A DNA stretch of 64,000 bases from positions 4,209-68,208 of the forward strand of contig JADHPM010000006.1 of assembly GCA_016778465.1 (NCBI GenBank), read 5' to 3'. This document shows, piece after piece, positions 53,196-64,000 of the stretch. The stretch is from Methylophilaceae bacterium (lineage in GTDB: Bacteria; Pseudomonadota; Gammaproteobacteria; Burkholderiales; Methylophilaceae). Both the position numbers and the translations under genes were made by a program. Each line of letters starts with the position of its first letter. Within the stretch, counting starts at the first letter, position 1. A model generated the notes under the pieces. The model had not been told where the DNA came from. It did no database searches and saw nothing but the letters and a program-made list of their open reading frames with translations.

Positions 53196-55751
53196 CTAGC
53201 TGATAGGATTAATTTCGATAATTTTCTTATCTGTGTAATCTTCCATCAAGTTAAAATTTAAGTATTGATAAATCTCGCTAGAATTAAGATTTATTTTTTT
53301 TGCCATAAGTTCTAAATATTCGTCTTTCGAAGGAATGTAGCCAAGCATTGCTGCAAATGCAGCTAGTTCGGCAGAGCCTAAATAAACCTGTGCACCTTTT
53401 CCTAATCGATTATCAAAATTTCTTGTGCTGGTTGAAAATACTACCGCACTATCCTCGACTCGCGCCTGATTACCCATACATAAACTGCATCCAGGTATCT
53501 CTGTTCTAGCACCAATCTTTTCAAATATTTTATACATACCCTCTTTCTTGAGCTGGTCCTGATCCATTCGAGTGGGAGGCGCAATCCATAAACGAGTATT
53601 TATTTTGTCAAAACCCTCCAGAACTTTTGCTGCAGCACGATAATGGCCGATATTAGTCATGCAACTTCCAATAAAAACTTCATCAATTTTATCTTCTGCA
53701 ATTTCAGATAATGTTTTTATGTTGTCAGGATCATTGGGACATGCAATCAAAGGCTCGGTAATTTCATCCATATTTATTTCTAATGTATAGGCGTATTCCG
53801 CATCTGAATCAGCTTCCAATAATGTTGGGCGATTAAGCCAAGTCTTCATTTCATCAATACGTCTCTGAAGTGTTCTTGCATCTTGATAGCCATGATCGAT
53901 CATATTTTGCATTAATGTGATGTTTGAGGTGAGATACTCTATTACAGGCTCTTTATTTAATTTTATTGTGCATCCATTTGCAGAGCGTTCGGCTGAAGCA
54001 TCAGATAACTCAAAAGCTTGCTCTACTTTTAAATCTGGTAAACCTTCAATCTCTAGAATTCTTCCATTGAAAACATTTTTTTTACCTTTTTTTCCTAATG
54101 TTAGAACCTGATTTTTAAGAGCGTAATAAGGTATCGCGTTAACCAGGTCTCTTAAGGTGATACCGGGCTGCATCTTGCCTGTAAATTTAACAAGCACAGA
54201 TTCTGGCATATCAAGCGGCATGACGCCAAGCGCAGCAGCAAAAGCAACTAAACCTGAACCTGCTGGAAAAGAGATGCCTAATGGAAACCTTGTGTGAGAA
54301 TCCCCTCCAGTTCCAACTGTATCTGGAAGAATCATTCTGTTGAGCCAAGAGTGAATGACGCCGTCACCCGCCTTCAAACTCACTCCACCTCGGCTACTGA
54401 TAAAATCAGGCAGCGTGTGTTGTAAATCTAAATCTGTAGGTTTAGGGTAGGCTGCCGTATGGCAAAAGCTTTGCATTACTAAATCTGCGCTGAATCCCAA
54501 ACATGCTAATTCCTTCAACTCATCTCTTGTCATGGCCCCAGTCGTATCTTGTGAGCCAACTGTGGTTATTTTTGGCTCACAATAAACACCGGGCCGAACA
54601 CCGTCAACGCCGCATGCCTGTCCAACTATTTTTTGTGCCAATGTGTAACCTTTGGCGTTTTCTTTTTTTTCATTATTAATAAATATAAATTGTTTTGAGG
54701 GCTCTAAATCAAGAGCCTTCCTAGCTTTGGCGGTTAAATCTTTTCCAATTATTAAGGAAATTCTTCCACCCGACCTCAATTCATCAAATAAGGTTGGTGG
54801 CCTTAATTCAAAGGGTACTGAATCCGAGCCGTTGATTTCAATATTTAAACTTTGAGTATTAATTTTTAAAATATAGCCTGACTTCATATTTGAAACATCA
54901 CACTCAATAGGTAATGCACCAGAATCCTCAGAGGTATTAAAGAAAATAGGAGCAATTTTGCCTCCCAAAATAATCCCCCCCGTATTTTTATTAGGGATGT
55001 ATGGAATAGGATTTCCCATATGCCACTGCAGAGAATTTAGTGCTGATTTTCTTGAAGAGCCGGTTCCAACAACATCCCCAACATAAATTAGGGGTAAGTT
55101 ATTTTCCTTTAACTCTTTAATAGTTTCCAAAGCATTAGGCATTTTTGCCTTAAGCATTGATTGTGCATGCAACGGAATATCTGCTCGACAAAAAGCCTCT
55201 TGTGCAGGTGACAAATCGTCAGTATTTGTCTCGCCATCCACTTTAAAAACGACTCCCTCAATTATTTGAGGGATAGTATCTTTTAAATTAAACCAGTCAG
55301 CGTCAGCCCATGATTGTATTAACTTTGTTGCAAAATTATTTCCAGCTTTATGCAGCGTCTCTACATCATAGAAGCTATCAAAAATAAGTGTAGTTTTAGA
55401 AAGGGCTTGGAAAGCGTTCTCTGCAAATTTTGTTTCTAAAAGCTTTACTAAGGATTGAACATTATATCCACCGAGCATGGTACCAAGAATCTCTATAGAC
55501 TTTATAGGAGATAAATCTTTAATAGCAATTTTCTCATTTGCAATGTCAGTTAAAAATGCAGCCTTTACAAAAGCAGCTTGATCCACACCCGCAGGAACTC
55601 GGTGGATTAATAAATTAATTAAAAAATCATGTTCGTCCGTATGGTTTTTAAGTAAATCTATTAACTCAGCAGTTTGTTCTGGATTTAGTGCAAGGGGAGG
55701 AAGATTTTGCTGTTCTCGCTCAGATTTGTGTAATAAATATTCTTTTAACAT
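53196..55751 (-). CDS. acnB: Aconitate hydratase B (bifunctional aconitase 2 / 2-methylisocitrate dehydratase)
   Basis: 851 aa with an AcnB-specific HEAT-like N-terminal domain, then swivel and catalytic domains ([17 protein letters not shown]). Confidence 0.95.
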   Translation of the reverse strand: MLKEYLLHKSEREQQNLPPLALNPEQTAELIDLLKNHTDEHDFLINLLIHRVPAGVDQAAFVKAAFLTDIANEKIAIKDLSPIKSIEILGTMLGGYNVQSLVKLLETKFAENAFQALSKTTLIFDSFYDVETLHKAGNNFATKLIQSWADADWFNLKDTIPQIIEGVVFKVDGETNTDDLSPAQEAFCRADIPLHAQSMLKAKMPNALETIKELKENNLPLIYVGDVVGTGSSRKSALNSLQWHMGNPIPYIPNKNTGGIILGGKIAPIFFNTSEDSGALPIECDVSNMKSGYILKINTQSLNIEINGSDSVPFELRPPTLFDELRSGGRISLIIGKDLTAKARKALDLEPSKQFIFINNEKKENAKGYTLAQKIVGQACGVDGVRPGVYCEPKITTVGSQDTTGAMTRDELKELACLGFSADLVMQSFCHTAAYPKPTDLDLQHTLPDFISSRGGVSLKAGDGVIHSWLNRMILPDTVGTGGDSHTRFPLGISFPAGSGLVAFAAALGVMPLDMPESVLVKFTGKMQPGITLRDLVNAIPYYALKNQVLTLGKKGKKNVFNGRILEIEGLPDLKVEQAFELSDASAERSANGCTIKLNKEPVIEYLTSNITLMQNMIDHGYQDARTLQRRIDEMKTWLNRPTLLEADSDAEYAYTLEINMDEITEPLIACPNDPDNIKTLSEIAEDKIDEVFIGSCMTNIGHYRAAAKVLEGFDKINTRLWIAPPTRMDQDQLKKEGMYKIFEKIGARTEIPGCSLCMGNQARVEDSAVVFSTSTRNFDNRLGKGAQVYLGSAELAAFAAMLGYIPSKDEYLELMAKKINLNSSEIYQYLNFNLMEDYTDKKIIEINPIS

Positions 55752-55903
55752 CTAATGGGATTTCATTGAAAATTATAAATAGGGACATATTTTAAATTAA
55801 AAAAAACAATTTCCCAAAAGAAAGATTTAATCCCCTTTGGCTGAACATCGTCATCGCTCCTATTTTTAATGTAAAATATACTTGTTTTTAAAGAAAGAAA
55901 CTT

Positions 55904-58185
<2,282 letters not shown>

Positions 58186-58189
<4 letters not shown>

Positions 58190-58926
58190 AAATTTTAGTT
58201 TCGAATGATGATGGCTATGACGCACCGGGACTAATTTGCCTTGTTGAATATTTAAAAAAAATATCAGAGGTTATCATTGTAGCCCCTGACAGAAATAGAA
58301 GTGGTTCAAGTAGTTCATTAACGCTGGACAAACCTTTAATGGTAAATAAAATTAATTCCTACACATATGCTTTAGATGGAACCCCCACTGATTGTGTTCA
58401 TATTGCGCTCACCGGATTGGTCACAATGAAACCGGATATGGTGATTTCTGGTATTAATGATGGACCAAATATGGGTGATGACACAATATATTCCGGTACT
58501 GTGGCAGCGGCTATGGAAGGCTACCTTTATGATATTCCCTCACTCGCAATATCAATGGGGAAAAGGGAACCCAAGTATTTTGAAACTGCAGCTAAAGTCA
58601 CACTGGATTTGATTGAAAGATACAAAATAAATTCCTTTGAAAAGCCAACTCTACTTAATGTAAATGTGCCTGATCTGCCGTATGAAAAAATCATGGGAAC
58701 AAGCGTAACAAGACTCGGAAAAAGGCATCAAGCGGAACCTGTTATTCAGTCGATCAGTCCAAATGGGGAAAAGCTTTATTGGGTAGGAGCCGCTGGGGAG
58801 CCTAATGATGGTGGGCCAGGTACTGATTTTTTTGCTATCAAGGAAAATCATGTTTCAATATCCCCAATACAAGCTGATTTAACTCAGCATAAAGATATTT
58901 CAATGTTAACGGACTGGATAAGATGA
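58186..58926 (+). CDS. surE: 5'/3'-nucleotidase SurE
   Basis: 246 aa, starts MKILVSNDDGYDAPG; has GINDGPNMGDD..YSGTVAAAMEG. Confidence 0.96.
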
Positions 58927-59822
58927 GCTTTAAATCTTTAAAATTACTAACAATTTTATTTTCAATTTTTATGCTGATTGGGTGTGCATCAAAAGCCCCA
59001 GCTCCGGTAGAGGGTGGAATTGATTTTGAAAAAAATGAGCCCAAAGAACCTGCTATAAAGTCAAGCGCTCAGTGTCCAGATGTCTACATTGTAAAAGAGG
59101 GAGAAACTCTATTTAGCATCAGCTTAAAATGTGGGTTTAACTATAAAGAGGTTGCCAATGCAAATGGGTTAAAAACCCCATATAAAGTTAAAAAAGGTGA
59201 CGAAATAAGATTGGATTTATTAAGAAAACAGGATCCCGCAAAAATTGAGCCTGCCCCTTCCCAAGAGGACGCGGTGGAAACTATTCCACTCAACGATGGA
59301 AGCACTTTGGATACAATCGAAACAGTTGAAGAATTTCAAGGTTATGGTTCACCAACCGAAATAAGTGAGCCAAAAGTAATCCGTGAAGTTTATAACAATA
59401 AAAATTTGAAAGAAACAGAAAAATTTATTGCTCAGAAAGAAAAGTTATCCAAAACTTGGGCCTGGCCTACAGAAGGCAAAATTATTTCCGAATTTAATCC
59501 AGATAATGGAAAAAAAGGACTAGAAATTCTTGGTGAGATGGGGCAAGAAATCAGAACGGTGTCGAGGGGGAAAGTTATATATGCTGGCGAGGATTTGAAG
59601 GGATACGGCAAGCTCATCATTATTAAACATGATGACGACCTGATTACCGTCTATGGCAATGCTCAGGAAATACTTGTATCTGAAGGCCAAACTGTTGAGG
59701 CGGCCGAAGCTATTGCAACTATGGGAAGTTCAGCCTCTGCAAATGAAGCAAAATTAATCTTTGAGGTACGCAAAGGGGGGCAATCAATAGACCCCATGAA
59801 ATTTCTAAAAAGAAATTCTTAA
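58923..59822 (+). CDS. nlpD: LysM + M23 peptidase-domain lipoprotein (NlpD-like)
   Basis: Lipobox LIGCAS. LysM domain (YIVKEGETLFSISLKCG...). C-terminal M23/LytM-like domain (GYGKLIIIKHDDDLITVYGN). Confidence 0.88.
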   Translation: MSFKSLKLLTILFSIFMLIGCASKAPAPVEGGIDFEKNEPKEPAIKSSAQCPDVYIVKEGETLFSISLKCGFNYKEVANANGLKTPYKVKKGDEIRLDLLRKQDPAKIEPAPSQEDAVETIPLNDGSTLDTIETVEEFQGYGSPTEISEPKVIREVYNNKNLKETEKFIAQKEKLSKTWAWPTEGKIISEFNPDNGKKGLEILGEMGQEIRTVSRGKVIYAGEDLKGYGKLIIIKHDDDLITVYGNAQEILVSEGQTVEAAEAIATMGSSASANEAKLIFEVRKGGQSIDPMKFLKRNS

Positions 59823-60196
59823 TTTAACTGATTATTTTCTTCTCGATTGTAATAATCATGGACAGTGCTCATGTCATAATCGCGTGCCCACTTAATAATT
59901 TCATCCAATGCGGGAGCACCGATTTCACCGATTTGTGCATGGATTCCTGCTTTTTCTCTGACAACAAGTAGCCCAGGAATTTTTTCAATTTGAAAGTATT
60001 CACCAATTTCTGGATCTTTCTCGATATCTACCATACCAAAAATAATATCTTTATTTTTTTTTGCAGCTTCTTTGAAAACCGGAGTGAAGTTAACACAAGG
60101 TTCACACCATGGAGCCCAGAAATCTACGATTACAAAATTATTTTCTTCAATCGTTTGCTTAAAATTATCTTTTGTTAATGTTACCAAGTTTGCCAT
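59819..60196 (-). CDS. Thioredoxin-family protein with atypical WCEPC active site
   Basis: 125 aa; VDFWAPWCEPC in the standard thioredoxin-fold context, plus a roughly 20-aa C-terminal extension. Confidence 0.8.
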   Translation of the reverse strand: MANLVTLTKDNFKQTIEENNFVIVDFWAPWCEPCVNFTPVFKEAAKKNKDIIFGMVDIEKDPEIGEYFQIEKIPGLLVVREKAGIHAQIGEIGAPALDEIIKWARDYDMSTVHDYYNREENNQLN

Positions 60197-60208
60197 TTTA
60201 GTCCTCTA

Positions 60209-60793
60209 TTATTTCCATTCATTAATCGAATATATTTCATTGATAGGCTTTCTTTTCCTTTGAACAGACTCTTTTTCTTTTTGTTCAACGCTTAAATCTT
60301 CCTCATTCAATGCCCGTCCCACAGCAATACAGGCCATAATATCAAAGTCTTTAGGTACTTTGGCCAATTCTCTTGTTTTTTCTGAGTTAAACCCACCCAT
60401 TTGATGGGCACTTAAACCCATACTTGTTGCTTGTAAGCATAAATTTTCAGCAGCTGCCCCTGTATCATACTGACCAAAACGATTGGGTTCTCCATTATGA
60501 TTAAATTTCGTGTTGGCACACACCACGATTAATAATGACGCATCCATAGCCCAGTTCTGATTTCCGACCGATAGGCAATTTAATATTCGTGCCCAGGCAG
60601 TAGCGTCCTGTTTATTGTAAGCAATGAATTTCCAAGGCTGATCGCCATAGCATGATGGAGCCCAGCGAGCGGCTTCAAAGAGCGAGCACATAGCCTTCTC
60701 ATCAAGGAAAAAACTCGGATCAAAAGCACGAGAACTCCAACGCTGGGAGATTAAATCGTCAACAGGAAAATCTAAGGGAGTTTCTTTCTTCAT
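60209..60793 (-). CDS. Nitroreductase-family protein
   Basis: 194 aa; RWSSRAF...AARWAPS pattern typical of FMN nitroreductase-like proteins. Confidence 0.8.
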   Translation of the reverse strand: MKKETPLDFPVDDLISQRWSSRAFDPSFFLDEKAMCSLFEAARWAPSCYGDQPWKFIAYNKQDATAWARILNCLSVGNQNWAMDASLLIVVCANTKFNHNGEPNRFGQYDTGAAAENLCLQATSMGLSAHQMGGFNSEKTRELAKVPKDFDIMACIAVGRALNEEDLSVEQKEKESVQRKRKPINEIYSINEWK

Positions 60794-60962
60794 TTATTTA
60801 TCTATACACTGGGTAAGCACCATGCAACATAGCCACTATTTAAAATTTAATTTTGCTTTAATCACAAAAAATTTATATGAACTCACTGCATCATTATAAT
60901 TCATTTTATTTAAATAACTATGAGGCTTAAAAAATTTGCATGTGTAATATAATTCAAATTAT

Positions 60963-61439
60963 ATGAATTTAAATACTAATCACGAGTACTTCATGTCGCT
61001 AGCTATTGATATGGCAAAAAAATCCCTTGAGTTTGATGAGGTACCGGTTGGCGCCATTGTGGTGAAAAATAACGAAGTAATTGGTCGCGGTTACAATTCT
61101 AATTTAAATTCAAATGATCCAACCGCCCATGCTGAAATCAATGCGATAAAGGAAGCAAGCAAATTCCTCAATAACTATCGACTACCGAATTGTTCTCTGT
61201 ATGTAACATTAGAACCATGCATCATGTGTTTAGGGGCAATATTCCATGCCAGAATAAGCCATGTCTTTTTTTCAGCTAACGATCTTAAGACAGGGGCATG
61301 TGGAGGGTTTATTAATCTAATAAATAACAGAGGCTTAAATCACCATTGTGAGTTCTCCAGTGGATTATTATCAAATCAAACAAGCACTCTTCTGACGAAC
61401 TTTTTTAAAAGCAAAAGGCAAAAAAAACCGCAAAACTAG
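60963..61439 (+). CDS. tadA: tRNA adenosine(34) deaminase
   Basis: 158 aa; HAEINAI...TLEPCIMCLGA zinc site. Confidence 0.93.
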   Translation: MNLNTNHEYFMSLAIDMAKKSLEFDEVPVGAIVVKNNEVIGRGYNSNLNSNDPTAHAEINAIKEASKFLNNYRLPNCSLYVTLEPCIMCLGAIFHARISHVFFSANDLKTGACGGFINLINNRGLNHHCEFSSGLLSNQTSTLLTNFFKSKRQKKPQN

Positions 61440-61454
61440 TTTTGCGGTTTTTTT
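61421..61454. terminator. Bidirectional rho-independent terminator (tadA / BI-1 family gene)
   Basis: A7, then stem CCGCAAAA/TTTTGCGG (61428-61435 with 61440-61447), loop CTAG, then T7. The tadA stop codon sits in the loop. Confidence 0.85.
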
Positions 61455-61469
61455 ATTTAAGACTAGTTG

Positions 61470-62156
61470 CTAATCCCGGTTTCCCATAAGCGCAATTAAG
61501 AGATGAAGCAAGTTAACGAACAGATTATAAATGTTCATATAAAGCGCAAGTGTAGCCATAATATAGTTGGTTTCACCACCTCTAACGATGCGATTAACGT
61601 CATACAAAATAAAACCTGAGAAAATCAATACTGCAATTGCAGAAATCGCTAATGATGCCGCGGGTACTTGGAAGAAGATATTAACAATTGAAGCTAATAT
61701 CAATAATATCAAGCCAATCATCAAAAATTTACCCATGAAAGAAAAATCTCTTTTTGAAGTCTGCGCGATTCCCGCCAAGGTTAAGAAAATGGCACCGGTG
61801 CCTCCCGCAGCTAAACTGACAATCTGACCGCCATTACTTAAACCCATGGCAAATTGGAGTATAGGGCCTAAGAGCACTCCAAGTAAAAATGTAAGAGTCA
61901 AGAGAAAAACAACACCGAGGCTACTGTTGCGGTTTCTTTGAATTAGAAAAAACATGCCAAAAATACCAGCAAGAGTAAGTAACATAAACATCATTGGGCT
62001 CGTTTGCGCCATTGCAAAGCTCATATTCATGCCGACAAAAGCGCCAATGACAGTCGGAAATAAAGAAACCCCCAGCAAAGCGTAGGTATTTCTTAAAACT
62101 TTATTAGTAGAGACTGCTGAAGCAGTCTGTGCTGCAACATTGAAGTTATTTTCCAT
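61470..62156 (-). CDS. Bax inhibitor-1/YccA-family membrane protein
   Basis: 228 aa, 7 TM, conserved C-terminus (LYLNIYNLF..LL). Confidence 0.88.
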   Translation of the reverse strand: MENNFNVAAQTASAVSTNKVLRNTYALLGVSLFPTVIGAFVGMNMSFAMAQTSPMMFMLLTLAGIFGMFFLIQRNRNSSLGVVFLLTLTFLLGVLLGPILQFAMGLSNGGQIVSLAAGGTGAIFLTLAGIAQTSKRDFSFMGKFLMIGLILLILASIVNIFFQVPAASLAISAIAVLIFSGFILYDVNRIVRGGETNYIMATLALYMNIYNLFVNLLHLLIALMGNRD

Positions 62157-62232
62157 TAAAATTTATATCCTTAAAGTTAAAATACAGTTATTAGAATAAG
62201 GTCATGTTAACAAAGTTTCAAGTATTTTTTGC

Positions 62233-63258
62233 TTAATTGTAATGATTTGTAAAAAAACTGACTTCATCTTGAATCATTTTTAAGCTTTGCCCCTCGAAGG
62301 TGCTAATTTTGTTCTTTTTTTTATCCAGCCGCATTTTCTTTAATTTTTTAATGAGTATTTCATAATTTTCCGATTTTATTTCTTCGAGCACTCTGTCCAC
62401 ATCCTGAGGGGAATTGCAAATCAAAGCAATATCAATACCTGCCGAGAAGGCCTCATTAACTCTTTTTGAAATTGAGGGGGAATAATTGACTGCGGCTTTC
62501 ATACTTAAATCATCGCTGAAAACCAGCCCATCAAAGTTTAATGTGTTTTTTAAGACATCATTAATCCAAAAGTTAGAAAACGTAGACGGTCGTTTATCAC
62601 ATTTTTCGTAGACAACATGTGCCGACATAATTCCATAAAGATTTTTTTTAATTGTTTCTTTGAATACACCTACATCCTGCTGGATAATTTGATCTAATTC
62701 TCGCCTATCAACAGCCGTCTCCAGATGAGTGTCTTCTTTGATAAAACCATGCCCTGGAAAATGTTTTCCCACACCCTGCATTCCACCAAGTGAAAGCCCC
62801 TCTATTAAGGCATTGGCCAATTCACTTATAATAGCCTCATTATGATGGAATGCACGATCACCGATTATTGAGCTTGAAGCATAATCAATATCCAGCACAG
62901 GAGTAAAGCTAAAATCAATATCCACACTCCCTAGTTCTTTAGAAATTAGCCATCCAATTTTTTTGCTCATAACCAGAGCTTGTTGGGAATCCTTTTCGTA
63001 TGCATAGCCTAGATCTCTCATCGCGGGAAGAATTGTAAACTGTTGGCGAAATCTTTGAACCCTACCCCCCTCATAATCCACAGCAATTAGAAGATTTTCT
63101 TTTTTGGACCTGACTTCATCAATAAGTGCTTTAAGTTGATTTTTGTTTTCAAAGTTTCTAGAAAAAATAATAATTCCAGCAACTGCGGGATGTTTGATTC
63201 TGTCAATGTCTGCATCCGTTAATTTTGTTGCCTCAAGGTCAATCATTAGAACACTCAT
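62233..63258 (-). CDS. nagZ: Beta-N-acetylhexosaminidase (peptidoglycan recycling)
   Basis: 341 aa, GH3; VDYEGGRVQRF, KHFPGHG, VFSDDLSM. Confidence 0.93.
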   Translation of the reverse strand: MSVLMIDLEATKLTDADIDRIKHPAVAGIIIFSRNFENKNQLKALIDEVRSKKENLLIAVDYEGGRVQRFRQQFTILPAMRDLGYAYEKDSQQALVMSKKIGWLISKELGSVDIDFSFTPVLDIDYASSSIIGDRAFHHNEAIISELANALIEGLSLGGMQGVGKHFPGHGFIKEDTHLETAVDRRELDQIIQQDVGVFKETIKKNLYGIMSAHVVYEKCDKRPSTFSNFWINDVLKNTLNFDGLVFSDDLSMKAAVNYSPSISKRVNEAFSAGIDIALICNSPQDVDRVLEEIKSENYEILIKKLKKMRLDKKKNKISTFEGQSLKMIQDEVSFFTNHYN

Positions 63259-63267
63259 ATTAACCTC

Positions 63268-63966
63268 TTAACTAATTCGAAATGGATTGAAGTTGGTTTG
63301 ATGATCATAGTGATCTATTTTCTCTTTTGACTTAAGAAAAGCCACAATCTTGTAAGTAATAGGGGTAAATAAAAATTCTATGCTTGTTTTGGCAATAAAC
63401 TGCGCAAAGATCACTAGCGGTAGTTTTTCATTTGGAATTATTCCTGAGTTATAGAAAGCTAGGGGATAAAACAACAGCGAATCTACCCCTTCACCTGCAA
63501 CAGTTGAGCTCATAGTTCTTGCCCACAAAAATCTACCTTGGGTCCAAATTTTCATTTTAGACATGACAAAGGAATTAGTGAATTCGCCTATCCAAAAAGC
63601 AATTAAACCCGCTAAGGCGACTCGCCATGCTGAACCAAAAGCTATCTCATACACCTCTTGATTTTCCCAAAAGGGTGCTGGTGGTAATGCAACAATTACC
63701 CATGCCATCATTGAGGCAAAAGCCAATCCAGCAAAGCCAGCCCAAATTACCCTTCGTGATGCAGCATAACCATAAACCTCGGTTAAAATATCGCCAAAAA
63801 TATAGGAAATTGGAAAAAATAAGACCCCTGCACCAAACGTTAATGTGCCAATTAAAGGCAAATCAATTTGAGAGATTTTAGCAGGGCCAATTATGTTGGC
63901 TGTAATTAGAACAGTGACGAATGCAGCCATTACCAAATCATAATATTTGTAATTTTTACCTGTCAT
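63268..63966 (-). CDS. Queuosine precursor transporter (YhhQ/DUF165, VUT family)
   Basis: 232 aa polytopic protein; FPISYIFGDILTEVYGY and a GE..DS motif. Confidence 0.82.
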   Translation of the reverse strand: MTGKNYKYYDLVMAAFVTVLITANIIGPAKISQIDLPLIGTLTFGAGVLFFPISYIFGDILTEVYGYAASRRVIWAGFAGLAFASMMAWVIVALPPAPFWENQEVYEIAFGSAWRVALAGLIAFWIGEFTNSFVMSKMKIWTQGRFLWARTMSSTVAGEGVDSLLFYPLAFYNSGIIPNEKLPLVIFAQFIAKTSIEFLFTPITYKIVAFLKSKEKIDHYDHQTNFNPFRIS

Positions 63967-64000
63967 GAATTATCTCTACATTCCAATATTTGTGAAGAAA

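Noticed and set aside
63967-64000. preQ1 riboswitch upstream of the YhhQ-type queuosine-precursor transporter
   Set aside because: This would be a known association, but only 34 nt of leader are in the window. They contain no recognisable preQ1-I/II hairpin plus A-rich tail, so the question cannot be evaluated here.

Overview
The window is low-GC (roughly mid-30s %), very gene-dense and almost entirely housekeeping. Gene order looks betaproteobacterial: cydAB, ftsB-eno-kdsA-pyrG, tatD-ribD-nrdR-glyA, tRNA-Val-thrS-infC-rpmI-rplT-pheST-ihfA-MerR-tRNA-Pro, tpiA-secG-tRNA-Leu-nuoA..N-DUF2818, uvrC-pgsA-tRNA Gly/Cys/Leu, acnB, purB-wrbA-DUF2069-surE-nlpD. Many genes overlap by 1-8 nt (TAATG/ATGA junctions). 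I found no transposases, integrases, phage genes or CRISPR arrays. Two unlisted 23-codon pqqA genes and a quinoprotein-associated SoxYZ-like carrier suggest a streamlined PQQ-dependent methylotroph (Methylophilaceae/OM43-like); this is inference only. The one accessory-looking segment is about 13.2-18.4 kb, where every product is predicted to be exported or membrane-embedded. It holds a His-rich DUF4399 protein, a secreted protein, two tandem pqqA, two adjacent small secreted hyper-acidic proteins, a Sel1-repeat protein, the SoxYZ-like fusion, a TauE/SafE permease and two unknowns. The two acidic proteins are each built from two copies of a 28-aa module (FHPTDALLIGGNGGFNPxAxxGGADLGxY) that I cannot assign to any family I know. 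They are my best candidate for something undescribed. Features not in the ORF track: 5' part of cydB, 2 pqqA, a 59-aa tautomerase, 6 tRNAs, a sigma-32 promoter for clpB, 3 rho-independent terminators, a non-AUG infC start, and corrected starts for several over-extended ORFs.
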